From positions 16,802,001-16,866,000 of the forward strand of contig NC_043013.1 of NCBI RefSeq assembly GCF_006345805.1: DNA of 64,000 nt. Reading direction: 5' to 3'. The position numbers were made by a program, and so were the translations under genes. This DNA is from Octopus sinensis. Taxonomy: Eukaryota. This document shows, in pieces, positions 62,112 through 64,000 of this stretch; the first letter of the stretch is position 1; the number at the start of each line of letters is the position of its first letter. The notes beneath the pieces were generated by a model that had not been told where the DNA came from, searched no databases, and saw nothing but the letters and a program-made list of their open reading frames with translations.

Positions 62112-62247
62112 TTTTTTTACACAAAGTAAATAATTTTTTAAAACAAAGTAAATAAAACACAAAATTACAAAGTAAGGATCGACTAGTCACGACTAGCTAG
62201 CGCGGATGCGCGTGTGCGCACCGGGACCGCTGTTCGCTAGTAGTATC
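62112..62247. mobile_element. Mutator-like MITE, partial copy 3 (one arm only)
   Basis: AAGGATCGACTAGTCACGACTAGCTAGCGCGGATGCGCG...CACCGGGACC matches the right arm of copy 1. Confidence 0.75.
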
Positions 62248-64000
62248 GCAAACTTTTACTTTCATCGTAAGTTAACTATAAAGTATATTAAATGGTTTTA
62301 ATAGTTAATGTACCGCCATACAACAACATAAACATTAACGACTCTTTCGTTAGCGCTCAGTTTTGAACTTCAAGTCCTCCCGAATCCTTGAACCATAACA
62401 AGTGCAATAAAATGTGTGCCATATTCTAGGGTTCGTTAACCATCACTTATTAGTAAGGTCTCAAATAAACAGGTGCGTGCTGTACTAATGAGTTATGCAC
62501 AAAGAAAAAACAGTTATCTCCCTTAAATTTTCTGCCCGAATTCTGAAAAAATTCGTTGAGTCCATATTTCTGCGTTGGCGATTTCATTTTCTGCCAACCA
62601 ATTCAGTTCTTCATTTAATGTTGTGTGTGTGTGTATACATACGTATATACGTACGTACATGCGTGTGTGCGTGTGTTATGTATATTAAAACAAATCGTTT
62701 ACCGTTAGAGGATGTAACATTTCTCACACACACATTGTTTAATGAAATTGTAAAAATAAGGAGAAACCGCATTGGAAGAGAACCTCTCTGAGTCAACGAG
62801 TAAGACTCTAAGCAATCGCCCAAGCTGCTATAAATAGTCACCCAAACTCTCTTAAATATCTCACTGTCTTCAAAAAGAAAAGAAACAGTGTAACCGTTTA
62901 TATACTAAAGAAGGGATGGTCACAGAGTGTTTTTAACTATTAATCTGCTCAATAAGTCTACTCGGAGTTGTTTCAAAGAGAAACAATGATGACGATCAAA
63001 TAGTTATTTTTCACCCACTTCTGGGTTTACTATACTTATCTACGCCAAGCCAATCATTTTTTTTCTCTGTCTTCCTTTAAGAAATCACCCGATCACTCTA
63101 CCAAAAAAGGCTTTTTTCTTCTTTTCTTTTCGTTTCGTCAAACGACACAATATTCATGACCTCTTTCAGGGTCACCGCGAATTATAATAAGAATTTATTC
63201 TCAGACCAGAGGCTTGGTTCGAATACTTGCAAGTCAGGGTCAGGGGAAGTCAGCAAGTGTTAAATCGGGTGAGAACTGAGTGAACTCCACTAAAGGTACC
63301 CTAGGACCATATGGTGACGTTAGACTGACAGATTAAGTCTTCTCGGAGTGAATAAAGAAAAAAACTCTTCGGGGGAGTCATTGGAAGTTAAATATACGTT
63401 TGTGTGCGTTGTTGTTTAGCAAGTCTATGATCAAGGGGGTTTCAGCTATAATTGTATATCTTTATCTAAATTCTCCGTTGTGTTTCACTCACCTTTAAGA
63501 TGATAATGTGTGAAGATATTTGGCTGCTATTTTTAGCAGGTTGATTATCTCCTGCTAACACACACAATTACTTGCTCGTGTGTGTGCGTGCTTGCTTTGC
63601 GACAAATTTAGATGAAATCTAATTCCCTAACGCTAACCACTGTGCTTTGCAGCAAATATGAATTAAATCACCTCACGAAGTCTATTTATGATTGAATTTA
63701 GAGTTCTCTCCCTTATACTAAATTACCTCAAGATGGACTCTAGCTTGACTCTGTACAGCAGAACGATCTTCTTAGATTGGCGCAAATAATGATCCTATAC
63801 AGTTACAGCAGATTGCACGGTTGTAGAGAGAGAGAGAGAATATTCTTCTTATTCTTCCATTCACATCCAAGATATATTGATGATGTATGGTAAATGTTCA
63901 GTTGTTCGATCAACTAAACTACCTATTTCTTTATTACCCACAAGGGGCTAAACATAGAGGGGACAAACAAGGACAGACATAAGTATTAAGTCGATTACAT

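Overview
This is AT-rich eukaryotic genomic DNA, dense in microsatellites and SINEs. The repeat families resemble those of octopus/cephalopod genomes (inference). Two protein-coding genes converge tail to tail. (1) On the + strand is a 5'-incomplete EGF + zona pellucida (ZP) domain membrane protein: 8 well-supported exons at 13473-23997, about 414 aa, with EGF, 10-Cys ZP module, RKRR furin site and TM helix, plus one candidate upstream exon at 8658-8700. (2) On the - strand is a complete fructose-1,6-bisphosphatase: 7 coding exons at 57116-25406, 332 aa, with vertebrate-like exon sizes. The rest is transposon-derived: a 2.9-kb frameshifted RTE LINE with a PHD-like finger inside its RT, L1/Tx1 and R4-like LINE fragments, Tc1/mariner, Tigger, hAT and Mutator-like MITEs, Helitrons, Penelope-like hammerhead relics and at least three tRNA-headed SINE families. 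The most unusual items are a 46-unit 15-bp array filling FBP intron 4, long near-perfect hairpins next to ZP exons, and an inverted repeat pair carrying hammerhead-like cores. On the FBP sense strand the array is a tandem of splice-acceptor-like motifs; on the antisense strand it is an open acidic ORF. I found no convincing evidence of a wholly new multi-gene system. All alignments and translations were done by eye.
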